Of a DNA stretch of 64,000 nt, positions 10,346 through 21,155 are shown piece after piece. The translations under genes were made by a program, and so were the position numbers. Each line of letters begins with the position of its first letter. Within the stretch, counting starts at the first letter, position 1. Below the pieces are notes generated by a model. The model was not told where the DNA came from, ran no database searches, and worked only from the letters and a program-made list of their open reading frames with translations. Where the stretch lies: positions 1 through 64,000 of IMG/VR virus record IMGVR_UViG_3300045988_164919; one strand, written 5' to 3'. The DNA comes from a virus.

Positions 10346-12712
10346 TGATTTTACTCTACTATTTTTAATTACTGATGAACCAATAGCATACTTAGAACCC
10401 AATGTAATATCTTTAGCAGAAATACAAATATTGTGCTTATCGCCACCAATAAATAAATTATCTGTATCATTAATCAAAGAACCACCAACAATCGGACCAG
10501 TTATTTTATCTACCTTATATAGATTAATGCCGCGGCCACTACGTTTTTGAGTAGGTAATTCACTTAATTTAACTTTTTTAGCAAATCCATTTTGAGTAAA
10601 TAGTCCTAAATAATCATTATTGTCTCTTAACGGTAAGACACAAATAATTTCATCATCTACTAAGTTAATACCTTTTACACCGCTGCTATTTCGAGAAGTA
10701 GACCCAATTTCATTACTATTAAATCTAATTGCATAACCATTCTTTGTAAGAATAATTAATTGTTCATCTTTAATTAGAGAAACATTAGCTAATGCATCAT
10801 TTTCTCTAATAATAACAGCAGACATACCAGTTTTCTTTTTTGTCTTAATGTATTCTTCAAGAGTAGTCTTTTTAATCAAACCATTTTTAGAGGCAAATAA
10901 AACAAATTCGGCATTTGTATCTCTATAAATAGAATACATTGTAGTAACTTTTTCGCCAGGTTCCATTGTAATCAATGCTGAAATAGGAATTCCTGCACTT
11001 ACGTTTGTTCCTACTGGAATATCATTTACCAATAGACGATACATCTGTCCTTTATTAGTAAATAACATAAAATTATCAATAGTATTAGTTCTTAATACAC
11101 AATAAGTAATATCTTCTTGTGATTTTATTCCTTTACCATTTTTCTTTTGGGTTTTAAAACTGGTAATAGGAATACGTTTAATGGTTCCGCCTTCAGTCAT
11201 TATGACTACACATTTTTCAGGTTCTACATTAATAATTTCTTTTTCAGCTTTTTCTTCTACAATTTGTGTTAATTCAGTTCTACGGTCATCACCATATTTA
11301 TCAACTAAATTTTTAAGGCGCGAACGTAATTCAGGAATAGGATTTTCACAAATGGCTTTAAGTTTAATAATTAATGCTTCAAGTTCAGCTTTTTCTTTTT
11401 CCAAATCCATTTTATCCAATTTAGATAATTTAGATAATTTCATGTCAAGAATTGCTTGTGCTTGAATATCAGTAAACCCCCAAGAAATTAATGTTTGTTT
11501 TGCTGCACTAGATGATTCAGATTGCTTAATCATTGCAATAATTTTATCAATCATATCTAATGCTTTTAAAAGTCCTACGATAATATGTAATCTATTTTCA
11601 GCTTTATTAATATCAAATTTACATTCCCTAATAATACAATTAGAATTAAAATCAATATAAAGTTTGATACAATCTCTAAGATTTAATTCTGTAGGAGTTT
11701 TATTTACAAGAGCTACTTGATTATAAGAAAATGTTGTTTGAAGATTGGTTTTAGCAAATAATTTACTTAAAACTGATTTAATAGGAGCATTTTTTTCACA
11801 TTCAATGACAAGACGGAACCCTTGCTTTCTATTACTTTCATTACGAATATCTTCAATTCCAGTAATATCCCCAGCATCACATAACTCACCAATTTGAGTC
11901 ATTAAATCTTCAGTAGTAATTCCATAAGGCATTTCAGTAAATACAATATTATTATTTTCAAATTGATATTTACCTCTAATTTTTACAGAACCATGACCTG
12001 ATTTCATAATCGCTGGAATATCATTTTTATTGATAATTATACCACCTGTAGGGAAATCAGGGCCAGGAAGAGTTGGTTCTTTGCCATCCATATAATCATA
12101 AATAGCTTGAGCCACTTCTTTTAAATTATGAGGTGCCCAAGAACAAGCCATTGCAACACCAATACCAGAATTTGGATTACATAATAAATTAGGAAAAATA
12201 GAAGGCAACTCAACAGGCTCTTGCTTAGTTTCTGAATAATTAGGAATAAAATCAACGCTATTCTTTTTAATAGAAGATAACATTCCTTCTTCAGTAATTT
12301 TAGCTAAACGAGCTTCTGTATAACGTTGAGCTGCCGGAGGGTCACCACCAATATTACCATTAGCCCCATGAAAATCAATTAAAGGATAACGCATTACCCA
12401 ATTTTGACTTAATCGAATTAATGCACCATAAATAGAAGTATCACCATGAGGATGCCAATCAGCCATTACATTACCAACGATATTAGCACATTTAACATGA
12501 GGTTTATCATTTTTAAAACCACAATCATAAGCACCATAGAGGATTCTCTTTGCTACTGGTTTTAATCCATCAGTAGCACTGGGAATAGCTCTATCTGTAT
12601 TAACGGCAACGGCATACTCAATAAAATTAGTGCCTAATTCATGTAATACATCATTATTCAGCATTATAGGTTGCCTCCTTTGAATGTTCTTTGATATAAG
12701 CTTTTCGAGCAT
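10331..12712 (-). CDS. type II DNA topoisomerase A subunit (GyrA/ParC-like)
   Basis: Active-site region AAQRYTEARL, HPHGD, GNIGGDPPAA; 793 aa with no TAG. Confidence 0.85.
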   Translation of the reverse strand: MLEKLISKNIQRRQPIMLNNDVLHELGTNFIEYAVAVNTDRAIPSATDGLKPVAKRILYGAYDCGFKNDKPHVKCANIVGNVMADWHPHGDTSIYGALIRLSQNWVMRYPLIDFHGANGNIGGDPPAAQRYTEARLAKITEEGMLSSIKKNSVDFIPNYSETKQEPVELPSIFPNLLCNPNSGIGVAMACSWAPHNLKEVAQAIYDYMDGKEPTLPGPDFPTGGIIINKNDIPAIMKSGHGSVKIRGKYQFENNNIVFTEMPYGITTEDLMTQIGELCDAGDITGIEDIRNESNRKQGFRLVIECEKNAPIKSVLSKLFAKTNLQTTFSYNQVALVNKTPTELNLRDCIKLYIDFNSNCIIRECKFDINKAENRLHIIVGLLKALDMIDKIIAMIKQSESSSAAKQTLISWGFTDIQAQAILDMKLSKLSKLDKMDLEKEKAELEALIIKLKAICENPIPELRSRLKNLVDKYGDDRRTELTQIVEEKAEKEIINVEPEKCVVIMTEGGTIKRIPITSFKTQKKNGKGIKSQEDITYCVLRTNTIDNFMLFTNKGQMYRLLVNDIPVGTNVSAGIPISALITMEPGEKVTTMYSIYRDTNAEFVLFASKNGLIKKTTLEEYIKTKKKTGMSAVIIRENDALANVSLIKDEQLIILTKNGYAIRFNSNEIGSTSRNSSGVKGINLVDDEIICVLPLRDNNDYLGLFTQNGFAKKVKLSELPTQKRSGRGINLYKVDKITGPIVGGSLINDTDNLFIGGDKHNICISAKDITLGSKYAIGSSVIKNSRVKSITKI

Positions 12713-14552
12713 TAACGCCTTGTCCCATTAAATTTTCAAATAACTTGTCAGTTGCTTCTATATCTTCTACAGTAATCTGTTTAATAATACGATTTTCAGG
12801 ATCAGTCAATGTTTCTTCTGTTTCATCAACATCCATTTCACCAAGACCCTTCATACGATTAACGATATACTTTTTACCTACATTTTCTTTACGAAATGCT
12901 TCAAGTGCTTCATCATTTTTAAGGTATTTATATTTTTTACCAATAGTAATCTTATAAAGTGGTGGCACACCGGCATATACATATCCATCTTTAATTAATT
13001 CTGGACAGAAATTCCAAATAAAAGTATAAAATAGATTTTTAATATGAGCACCATCCACATCAGCATCACTCATAATGATAATTTTACCATATCGTAAGTC
13101 CTCTGGATGATAAGTGATTTTCATATTCTTAGGATCAATAGTTAAACCAAATGCTTGAATCATAGTCATAATTTCTGCATTCTTTTGGATTTTATCAAGA
13201 CTTGCTTTTTGAGTATTTAAAATTTTACCACGGACAGGCAAAACTGCTTGAAATTCATTATTACGAGCATCTTTTAAATTACCACTTGCACTATCACCCT
13301 CTGTAATATAAATTTCACATTGACTACGTTTCTTACTATAACAATCAGCTAATTTACTATCAAATTTTAAGGCTTTTTGTTTCTTTTCATTTTGATTGCG
13401 GACAGTCTCTCTGGCTTTACGTGCAGCTTCTCTTGCTCGACGTGCATTTAGAGCTTTATCAGCAATAATTTTAATTGATTTCTCATTAAGTTCAAGCCAT
13501 TTTCTTATACTTTCGGTAATCCAAGGAGTGAATGGAGACATATCCAATTTTACAATTCTACTCTTAGTCTGAGCATCATAACTTACTCCAGGAGTAGTAA
13601 GATTAAATACAAGGTATAAACCTTCTTGGCAATCATCACCTGATAAATTTTCTTCTTTTTCTTTTAACCATTTTTTCTCACGGAAGAATTTATTTAATTC
13701 ACGAGTGAGAATAGTTTTAATTAATGTAATATGTGGACCACTATCTGTAAGTCCAGTATTTACATAAGGAACAATAACAGATGAATAACTGTCAGTATAG
13801 GTTAATTCAAAATCTAATTTATTCTTTCCTTCATCCTTTTTAATAATTAATCTATTATTAATTATTTCAGTATTTTTAACTGCATCATTTACTAAATCAG
13901 TTAATCCATTAGCAGAATAATATTCTTCACTATTAAAAAGAATTTTTAAACCAGGACATAAACATACAAGAACTTTAAATAACTGTTTGATAGTATTTAA
14001 ATTGACTTCAGTATGAGTAAAAAATTCTTCACTGGGCTGCCATTGTACTAAGGTGCCTGAAGGGCTATTTTTATTATCCCAATCTCCACATTCGCGTTTA
14101 ACAAATTCGCCTTCTTTAAACCAGACATGTTCATATTTGCCATCTCGATGAGTAATTACTTCAAGCCAATGAGATAGATATGTGGCTAATTTACTACCAA
14201 TGCCATTAAGACCCAGGGCAGTTCCTTCGTATACACCATCATCATCATATTTACCAGAGGTATTTAATACTCCAAATGATGCTTCAAGAATAGTTTTACC
14301 ATCTTCTCGCATTGCATTTGGAATAAAACCTTGTCCATTATCTTCAACAATAATTACATTATCTTTAGTAATATCAACTTTAATAGTATCGCCATGACCT
14401 GCTTTAAATTCATCAATTGCATTTGATACAATTTCAATAAGTAATTGAGTAGAATATTCAGTTGAGCCACAGTATACACCTGGTCTAAGACGAGTAAATT
14501 CTAATGGAGTTAATGATTGAATACTATCTTCTGTATATACTTTATTACTCAT
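12654..14552 (-). CDS. type II DNA topoisomerase B subunit (GyrB/ParE-like ATPase plus Toprim)
   Basis: GHKL ATPase motifs IVSNAIDE and VEDNGQGF; 632 aa with no TAG. Confidence 0.85.
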   Translation of the reverse strand: MSNKVYTEDSIQSLTPLEFTRLRPGVYCGSTEYSTQLLIEIVSNAIDEFKAGHGDTIKVDITKDNVIIVEDNGQGFIPNAMREDGKTILEASFGVLNTSGKYDDDGVYEGTALGLNGIGSKLATYLSHWLEVITHRDGKYEHVWFKEGEFVKRECGDWDNKNSPSGTLVQWQPSEEFFTHTEVNLNTIKQLFKVLVCLCPGLKILFNSEEYYSANGLTDLVNDAVKNTEIINNRLIIKKDEGKNKLDFELTYTDSYSSVIVPYVNTGLTDSGPHITLIKTILTRELNKFFREKKWLKEKEENLSGDDCQEGLYLVFNLTTPGVSYDAQTKSRIVKLDMSPFTPWITESIRKWLELNEKSIKIIADKALNARRAREAARKARETVRNQNEKKQKALKFDSKLADCYSKKRSQCEIYITEGDSASGNLKDARNNEFQAVLPVRGKILNTQKASLDKIQKNAEIMTMIQAFGLTIDPKNMKITYHPEDLRYGKIIIMSDADVDGAHIKNLFYTFIWNFCPELIKDGYVYAGVPPLYKITIGKKYKYLKNDEALEAFRKENVGKKYIVNRMKGLGEMDVDETEETLTDPENRIIKQITVEDIEATDKLFENLMGQGVNARKAYIKEHSKEATYNAE

Positions 14553-15042
14553 TCATATCTGCTCCTTTTTTTAAATTAATCGGATCAGTTTTACCAGTAG
14601 CAATCATATCAGCCAATTCATTGCCTTTAACGCCCGAATGACCTGCTACTTTACGCAAATCAATTCTATATCCTTTTTTGACTAAGTTATAATATGCTTG
14701 AATTAAATCAAGGTTTTCAGGAATTTTTTTATCACCTTTGCGCCATCCATTATTTGCCCATCCATACATCCATTTAGTAAATGTTTGATGTACATAAGAG
14801 CTATCTGTATATACAATAGGAATGGATCTAGGATCATTACCATATTGTATCATAGCATAAAGAACAGCTTTTAATTCTTGAATATTATTTGTAGTATTAG
14901 TCTCCCAATGGCCATAGGCATCAATTAATTTACCATTATCATCACAAACTACTACGCCATATCCACCTTTACTATTAGCTTTGCCATTACCTTGACAAGC
15001 TCCATCAGTGTAAATAATCATAAAGAAGGTCCTTTCTGCCAA
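14545..15042 (-). CDS. rnhA: ribonuclease H
   Basis: IYTDGACQGNG...YTDSSYV...AGHSGVKGNELAD. Confidence 0.85.
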   Translation of the reverse strand: MAERTFFMIIYTDGACQGNGKANSKGGYGVVVCDDNGKLIDAYGHWETNTTNNIQELKAVLYAMIQYGNDPRSIPIVYTDSSYVHQTFTKWMYGWANNGWRKGDKKIPENLDLIQAYYNLVKKGYRIDLRKVAGHSGVKGNELADMIATGKTDPINLKKGADMNE

Positions 15043-15611
15043 TCATGAGGATTATCCATCCGATATTTACGAACTAACTGGTTATAAGTTCCTCTAAGAA
15101 ATTCTTCATTTAAGATAGCTTTTGGATTAGTATGATATTTTTTAAGAAAAATAAATACTACATCTACAAATTCTTTAACAACAGGATGCATAAGAACATG
15201 TTTACGTTTCCCAAGCCACCATTCGTATTCTTTTGTATAGGTAAAATCAGAACCCATGTAAGCTCTGGCGGCTCCAAGATAATCACAAATCATTTCTACA
15301 CAATCTTTATAAGGCATAAGAATTGCATTGGGGTGTCCATCACCAATATTATCAATCCAGTATTCCCAATGATGTGTATTGCGGCCTTTATGATGCTGCC
15401 AAGCTTTACTATATCCATTTTCATCTTTGCAGTTATCTATTGGACTTCTATTGCCAGTCCAATATTTACAACTCTCTTTAAATTCAATATTTGAAAATTT
15501 GGATAAGTCATGTTTAATCCCTCGCCAAGGAATTCCAGCCATTCTACAATATCTATTAACCCATTTTTTATGAGTTAAGACAGTCTTCAAATGGTTGAAG
15601 TAATTCATCAA
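15018..15611 (-). CDS. hypothetical protein (His/Trp-rich, 197 aa)
   Basis: ORF only; TTG/ATG start. Confidence 0.45.
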   Translation of the reverse strand: MMNYFNHLKTVLTHKKWVNRYCRMAGIPWRGIKHDLSKFSNIEFKESCKYWTGNRSPIDNCKDENGYSKAWQHHKGRNTHHWEYWIDNIGDGHPNAILMPYKDCVEMICDYLGAARAYMGSDFTYTKEYEWWLGKRKHVLMHPVVKEFVDVVFIFLKKYHTNPKAILNEEFLRGTYNQLVRKYRMDNPHDWQKGPSL

Positions 15612-15910
15612 ATTCAGTCCTTTCTTTTAAAATATCAATACCATCTATAAATAAGTTATGAATAATTATAATTTTATTATCAGGAAATTCTTTTTGTATA
15701 TTTCTATAAATAGATAATGTTTCATCAACTGGAACATCTTTATTTATATATACTAAAATTTTATCCTATTTATTTAATACTTTACAATCTATATCTTTCA
15801 TAATTAGTATTTTACCATAATTTTTTCTTAAAGTCAATGAATGTATCTTGGCCTTGATTTTCTTAAAATTTTTTTGTATTCTAAGTATAGAAAATATCTA
15901 TATTCTTTCT

Positions 15911-15945
15911 TATATATATTATATAATATTTTATTAAAAAAATAA
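15911..15945 (-). promoter_or_regulatory. copy of recurrent promoter motif
   Basis: tatatattatataatattttattaaaaaaat. Confidence 0.4.
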
Positions 15946-15984
15946 ATAAAAAAAAATAAATGGAGGATTTCTCCTCCATTTATA

Positions 15985-16272
15985 TTAATCGGTGGTATTA
16001 ATTTTAAGTTTATTATCGCCAAATGTTGCTGTCCAGTTTGTGACTGTTGGATAATTTTTACGAATAAAATCAAGTTCCAAATCAGCCTTGGCCTTTGTAT
16101 AACGAATAAGTGCATATTTATAAAGATTAGTAACCTTAGTTAATGTATCATTGTCACAATCTCTATCGCGGACAATTACTTCAGCCATAATATCTTTATA
16201 AGCTTCAGTTTCAAAATAGCTATCCTTTAATTCATCAAGATATTCAGTAGGAATATCAATAAAATACTGCAT
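15985..16272 (-). CDS. hypothetical protein (95 aa)
   Basis: ORF only. Confidence 0.4.
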   Translation of the reverse strand: MQYFIDIPTEYLDELKDSYFETEAYKDIMAEVIVRDRDCDNDTLTKVTNLYKYALIRYTKAKADLELDFIRKNYPTVTNWTATFGDNKLKINTTD

Positions 16273-16329
16273 AATTTATATCTCCTTTTTATCTTTTATA
16301 ATATATTTTAATATATTATATTCTAAAAA

Positions 16330-16788
16330 TCAAATACCGTAATCCATATTTAGTTCGTCACTATTCTAACTATCAGTATAAACTGTTAAATCAGTAGTAG
16401 CAGTTGAATCAGATGAAGAAGTAGAAACCTAATTATTTTTAATTAATTCTTTAATGACTTCATTAAAATCAGCATTATTAGTATAAGTCATATTTAAGTA
16501 TTTCTCTAACTAGCTATCTAATTCTTTCATTACAGTATCATATTTAATACCGCCTTTTGTATTTTCAAGCATACTTTTTTTATAATAAAATACCTAACTA
16601 ACTCCATAGGCTGCCCAAGGCAGAGAAGCCGAAGCTGTTATCCAAGGCAAGGAGCCAGTGTATCCTTGAATTATACAAAAAAATGCTAAAGCAATATATA
16701 AAAGGCTTGTTATCCAAATAAGAGCTGATTCTTGAATAAGTAAACCTTTTGAATATTCCTTTTTTGGTTTTCTCTATTTTATATACAT
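16330..16788 (-). CDS. putative holin or membrane protein (several TAGs)
   Basis: Hydrophobic segment ESALIWITSLLYIALAFFCIIQGYTGSLPWITASASLPWAAYGVS; lies immediately upstream of the endolysin; ends at TGA 16330-16332. Confidence 0.35.
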
Positions 16789-16808
16789 TTTATCTCTCCT
16801 TTTGGAGA

Positions 16809-18101
16809 TTATTTATCACTCATAATACGATAAAGAACTTGAATCATTTCTTCACGAGTCATAAACTTTTTATACATTGTATGACCTTTACCATCACCTT
16901 TAATGTAACCATTACCTTCAGCCCAAGTACGTGCGTCAGCAGACCAAGCGCTAGGATCTTTTGCGGCAAGTTCAGTCAAATAATTAGTCATAAGTTCATT
17001 AAATCTTTCTTGAGTCATATCTTCATCTTCCTCCTATACTCCTAATAATTTATTTACTTTTTCGGCAATTTCATAGTGTTTATTATATAAATATTCGCCA
17101 GGACAAGACTTATTAGCAAACCATCTATGAACTGTCATATTCTATTCTTCTGGATGGCCGATTAAGTTTTTATCAGCTTTCCATTTTAATGATTTAATAT
17201 TATTACGTTTACAAATATCAACAAGCAATTTAATTAAAGAATTAAATGCTGCATCAGTTACTTTATAAGGCGAAGTAGTGTCACTAGCGACTTCAATAGT
17301 AATAGCACGATTATCATTAGCTCCATTAGAAGAACACCATGAACGATCTTTTTCTTCAACGTACATACCAATTCTACCATCAGGGCCAATACCATAATTA
17401 GAAGAAGCTTGTCTTGATGTTGGTGCAAATACCTCTCCAAGAGCTTCAACAGAACATTGTCCAACTACACAGTGAATCGTAACAGTATCAATTACATGGT
17501 TACGAGGACTTGTCTTATTAGGACTAATTTTAGTATAATTTACTAATGGACTATTAGTTTTACCATAACCATATCCAGCCATAGGATCATTATCTACCGT
17601 ATCACTATCTTTGACTGCTGGATTATAAATAAATCCAAGAAATTTATAACCGGCGCCAGCGCCCCAATTACCATTTCCTTTTTTACGTGTTGCATTCCAG
17701 AAGGGATTCTTACTGCCCCAACCACTTTCAGATGTAATAATTTCAGTAGGACTTATTACTTTTTCTACAATAGCTACGTGGCCAACACCATCGCTACCTT
17801 TTTTAGTAGCTCCTCCTTGCCAAACCATACAAGCTCCAAGTTTAGGCACTTGTCCAACTGGAATACCAGTATTATTATATTCCATAAAACGTTCAGCATT
17901 AACAGGGCTTAAATATTTACAATAACCCCAATTACCAATTTCATTAAAACGACCATAGGCATAACCTACACAGTTTGATAATACATCACATTTACTATCT
18001 GTTGGATTGCCTTTAATAGCATATGAATAACCGCCATTAGCTCTTGTGATATAATATTTATTACCTGCTTCTGGTCGTGTGGTTCTCATTTTAAAAGCCA
18101 T
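16809..18101 (-). CDS. endolysin: CHAP peptidase plus N-acetylmuramoyl-L-alanine amidase (amidase_2/PGRP) plus C-terminal binding domain; two in-frame TAGs
   Basis: CHAP Cys/His (CDVLSNCVGYAYG...GHVAIVEKV); amidase_2 (VTIHCVVGQCS...YGIGPDGRI...SWCSS); ORFs 17142..18101 and 16809..17018 share a frame. Confidence 0.7.
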
Positions 18102-18128
18102 TATTTATCTCCTTTCTCTTATATAAAA

Positions 18129-18153
18129 AGAGAAGAAGGTTATCCTTCTTCTC
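18129..18153 (-). terminator. hairpin terminator between PhoH and endolysin
   Basis: agagaagaagg-ttat-ccttcttctc followed by a T-run on the minus strand, then RBS and endolysin ATG. Confidence 0.55.
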
Positions 18154-19408
18154 ACATTTGTTCTGCTAATTCAGCAATTTTAGAACGATGAATTTGTTTT
18201 AATTCAACTTCACCATATATATCATTATTTCGTAATATTTCTGATGCGCGGCGCATACCGTTATTTAATCCAGAAAAATTAATATCATCAACTTGAGTTT
18301 TTAGATCGCCGTCAATAATACAGATACTATCTTCTCCAATACGTTGAAGACTTAATTTCATAAGACCAATATCCATATTCTATGCTTCTGAAATATAAAT
18401 ACCTGCACGCATTCCTGTTGTATCATAACCACGAATATCTGATAATGGTAATAAAACTAATCTATTTTCATCAATTAATTTTTCTACCATCATTTTATCA
18501 CCAAGTTTACTACTTAATAGATTACCAATTTGGCTATCTAAAAGTTTCTCATCACGAGTACCTGGATAAAAACCTAATTTTGCAGAATTTTTAGTAGCAA
18601 CTGTATTACAAAATACAATTATTTTATCAATTTTATTTCTTTCAAGGGCATTTAATAAATATGCTAATGATAAAAATGTCTTACCAGAGCCAGCAGGTCC
18701 TTTAATCATAGTAATCTTATTATTTAAAAAACTATCAACTGCTAAAGTTTGATAAGGGTCATTTTTAAATGGTTTTACATTACCAAAATAAGTAGAATTT
18801 AAATTACCATAAGAAATAGTTCTATATGTATCGCCATCCCATACCATTTTATCAATTATTTCTTTCTCTTGGTTATAAATAATAACATATTGATTAATTA
18901 ATAAATTAAATTTATTAATTTTTAAATTTTGATATAATTCAGTAATTTCATTTTCATTTAAAGTTACTTCAATATATCCTGTATAGGGATCATGACGCTC
19001 TTCTTCTATAGACGATACATTTGATAAAAATAATTTAGCTATACATTTTAAAGTTAAATCATTAGTAATAAAATTATCAATAGGATGATTCTTATTCTAT
19101 TTATTATAACTTAATGCGGTCGCTAATATTTTCATATCATTAGTTATTGATAAATCATATTTCTATATGGGTTTTATCATTTTTTCTTTATAAATAATTA
19201 CTTGACATAAATCAGGATTATCATTTAAAGTTCTTAATAACTAACGAGCTGTATATTTTATATTAGCATCTTTATTAGCTGATGTTTTAATATTTTCTAA
19301 TTCATCTAATGTAATAGATGAAATAATAATCTATTCATTTTTATCTTCTAATAAAGTTCCTTTAGTTAATAAACTACAAGTATCATAAAAATTATATATC
19401 ATCTTCAT
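18152..19408 (-). CDS. phoH: PIN-domain plus PhoH-like ATPase (PhoH2 architecture); at least 5 in-frame TAGs
   Basis: GPAGSGKTFLSLAY Walker A; N-terminus MKMIYNFYDTCSLL is PIN-like; the pieces are in frame from ATG 19406-19408. Confidence 0.6.
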
Positions 19409-19628
19409 ATTCAACCTCGTCTTCCTATGGTATTGAGAAACCAATTACATGTGTGTTATCAGTTTCAGTCAAGTTTGTGATTTGGCTGTTATATTCTGCT
19501 ATTTTAACAGAAAACCAACCTTTGACCAATTCGGCAAGATTTGCTATTAATGCTGTAATAAAATCTAATAAAGTTAATCCAACAGTAGCAAATATAATAC
19601 CTAGAATAAAATATAATATAAGAACCAA
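19395..19628 (-). CDS. small membrane protein (one TAG)
   Basis: Two hydrophobic helices. Confidence 0.3.
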
Positions 19629-19679
19629 CTCCTTTGAGGGTTTTTATTCCTATTATTATTAATTTTTTTAATAATATAT

Positions 19680-20234
19680 TTATTTATTCTGGACCATTTG
19701 TTTATCCCAACTTTTAGATAAATCTTCTAATACTTCTTTAGTAGATCTAAAAGTACCATCAGGATTAGTAAGAGTAACTCCTAAATCTTGGAATAATTTT
19801 TCTTTTTCTGCTGCTTTTCTTAATCTAATAAATTTATTTACAGATTCTTTATCAGCTATATATCCTCTTAATTTACTTTGAGAATATTTAATTTTATTTT
19901 TAATAGCAGTATATTGATTTAATAAATTATCATATTCTGCTTTAATACGTTTAAATTCATATGATTGAGGATTTAATTGTTTACTATTTAACATAGTGCT
20001 AATTAAATGTTCATACGCTTGAATTTGAGGAATAATTTGATTGTTTTTAATATGTTGCAAAATTTTAATTTTACAACGACGTTCAGCAATTTCACAACCT
20101 GTAAACTCACTCATACAATCCCGATCATCTGGATGACATCTTGCAGTTCCAATAAAAGTATTTTGCCCATCGGAAATAGTACAAGTTGTTGTGCCACGAT
20201 GTTCATTATAATCAAATATAGGTTCTCCTATCAT
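19680..20234 (-). CDS. hypothetical Cys-containing protein (184 aa)
   Basis: ORF only. Confidence 0.45.
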   Translation of the reverse strand: MIGEPIFDYNEHRGTTTCTISDGQNTFIGTARCHPDDRDCMSEFTGCEIAERRCKIKILQHIKNNQIIPQIQAYEHLISTMLNSKQLNPQSYEFKRIKAEYDNLLNQYTAIKNKIKYSQSKLRGYIADKESVNKFIRLRKAAEKEKLFQDLGVTLTNPDGTFRSTKEVLEDLSKSWDKQMVQNK

Positions 20235-20292
20235 AAAAAGAAAATCCTCCTTTTTTATTTTAGTATATAATAAAAAAGGAGGATTGTCAATT

Positions 20293-21153
20293 TTATTTCA
20301 CAGGAGCTGTTAAGGTAAATATTTTTTTTACGCATTCAATCCAATATAATGCAGCATTTCTATCTACGGTGTTTAAATGCACTATTGTTGTTTTAGTAAA
20401 ATCATCTGGGTCTGGGATTTCCAAATCCCAAATCTTAATAGGATTCATTTTATCTTGGTCTAATACAATACGTCCTTGATTTAAATTATTTAAATTAGTA
20501 ATAATAGTTTCAAAGGTTTTATTTAATAACATAGTATATGTCATTTTTCCATTTTCATCTTCATTCCAATTGCTTACAAGACCAGCAACACTATTATCAC
20601 CAAATTCATTTATATAATTTTTATCATTATAAATTTTACTGACTTTTAAATTTTCAAATAATCTATAAATAACCTTTTTAAGATTATTTATGTCATCACT
20701 TTCTGCAATACGAGAAATATGTAAATTCTTTTCTAACTCATTTACTTCTTCACTTGTACAGCCGTTATTACAATGTCCAATACAACCTCCAGAGCAAGTT
20801 CCTGAACATTGTTCAGCACAAGCTGTTGTACAAGTACCAGAGCATCCTCCACTGCAAGAGCCTTCACAGCTAGAACAAGAACCATCACAGCCGCCACAAT
20901 TTCCAGTGCAACTATCACAATCACCAGTACAATCTGTATCACATGTCCGCTTCGGTCCGCAATCTCCACTGCATTCTCCACAACCTGCTACACAATCATT
21001 GCCAGAGCAACTAGAACAAGTATTTCCACTATTCATACTATCCCCATTGAAACAGCCTGTTTCACAGGCTCCTCCTGGTAGCCCTGGTTGATAATTATCT
21101 GAGCCTTCATATCGACCCATTGTTCTACTATCTCGTCCTGAGTTACAAGCCAT
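20293..21153 (-). CDS. extremely Cys-rich protein (about 40 Cys within about 130 aa) with a C-terminal globular domain
   Basis: N-terminal GCGECSGDCGPKRTCDTDCTGDCDSCTGNCGGCDGSCSSCEGSCSGGC...; immediately downstream of a radical SAM/SPASM gene. Confidence 0.5.
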   Translation of the reverse strand: MACNSGRDSRTMGRYEGSDNYQPGLPGGACETGCFNGDSMNSGNTCSSCSGNDCVAGCGECSGDCGPKRTCDTDCTGDCDSCTGNCGGCDGSCSSCEGSCSGGCSGTCTTACAEQCSGTCSGGCIGHCNNGCTSEEVNELEKNLHISRIAESDDINNLKKVIYRLFENLKVSKIYNDKNYINEFGDNSVAGLVSNWNEDENGKMTYTMLLNKTFETIITNLNNLNQGRIVLDQDKMNPIKIWDLEIPDPDDFTKTTIVHLNTVDRNAALYWIECVKKIFTLTAPVK

Positions 21154-21155
21154 AA

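Noticed and set aside
12654-12712. 59-nt overlap between topoisomerase B and A subunit ORFs as evidence of a frameshift fusion
   Set aside because: Both ORFs have their own plausible ATG and complete N-terminal domains, and the overlap is in different frames. Ordinary overlapping genes are more likely than a programmed frameshift, and I cannot test slippery sites by eye.
20690-21091. Overlapping ORFs 20690..21091(+), 20742..20981(-) and 20809..21081(+) inside the Cys-rich gene
   Set aside because: They are artefacts of the GC-rich repetitive (TGC/TGT/GGC) coding sequence of the Cys-rich protein. The Cys-rich frame is the one with an RBS and a continuous N-terminus to C-terminus architecture.
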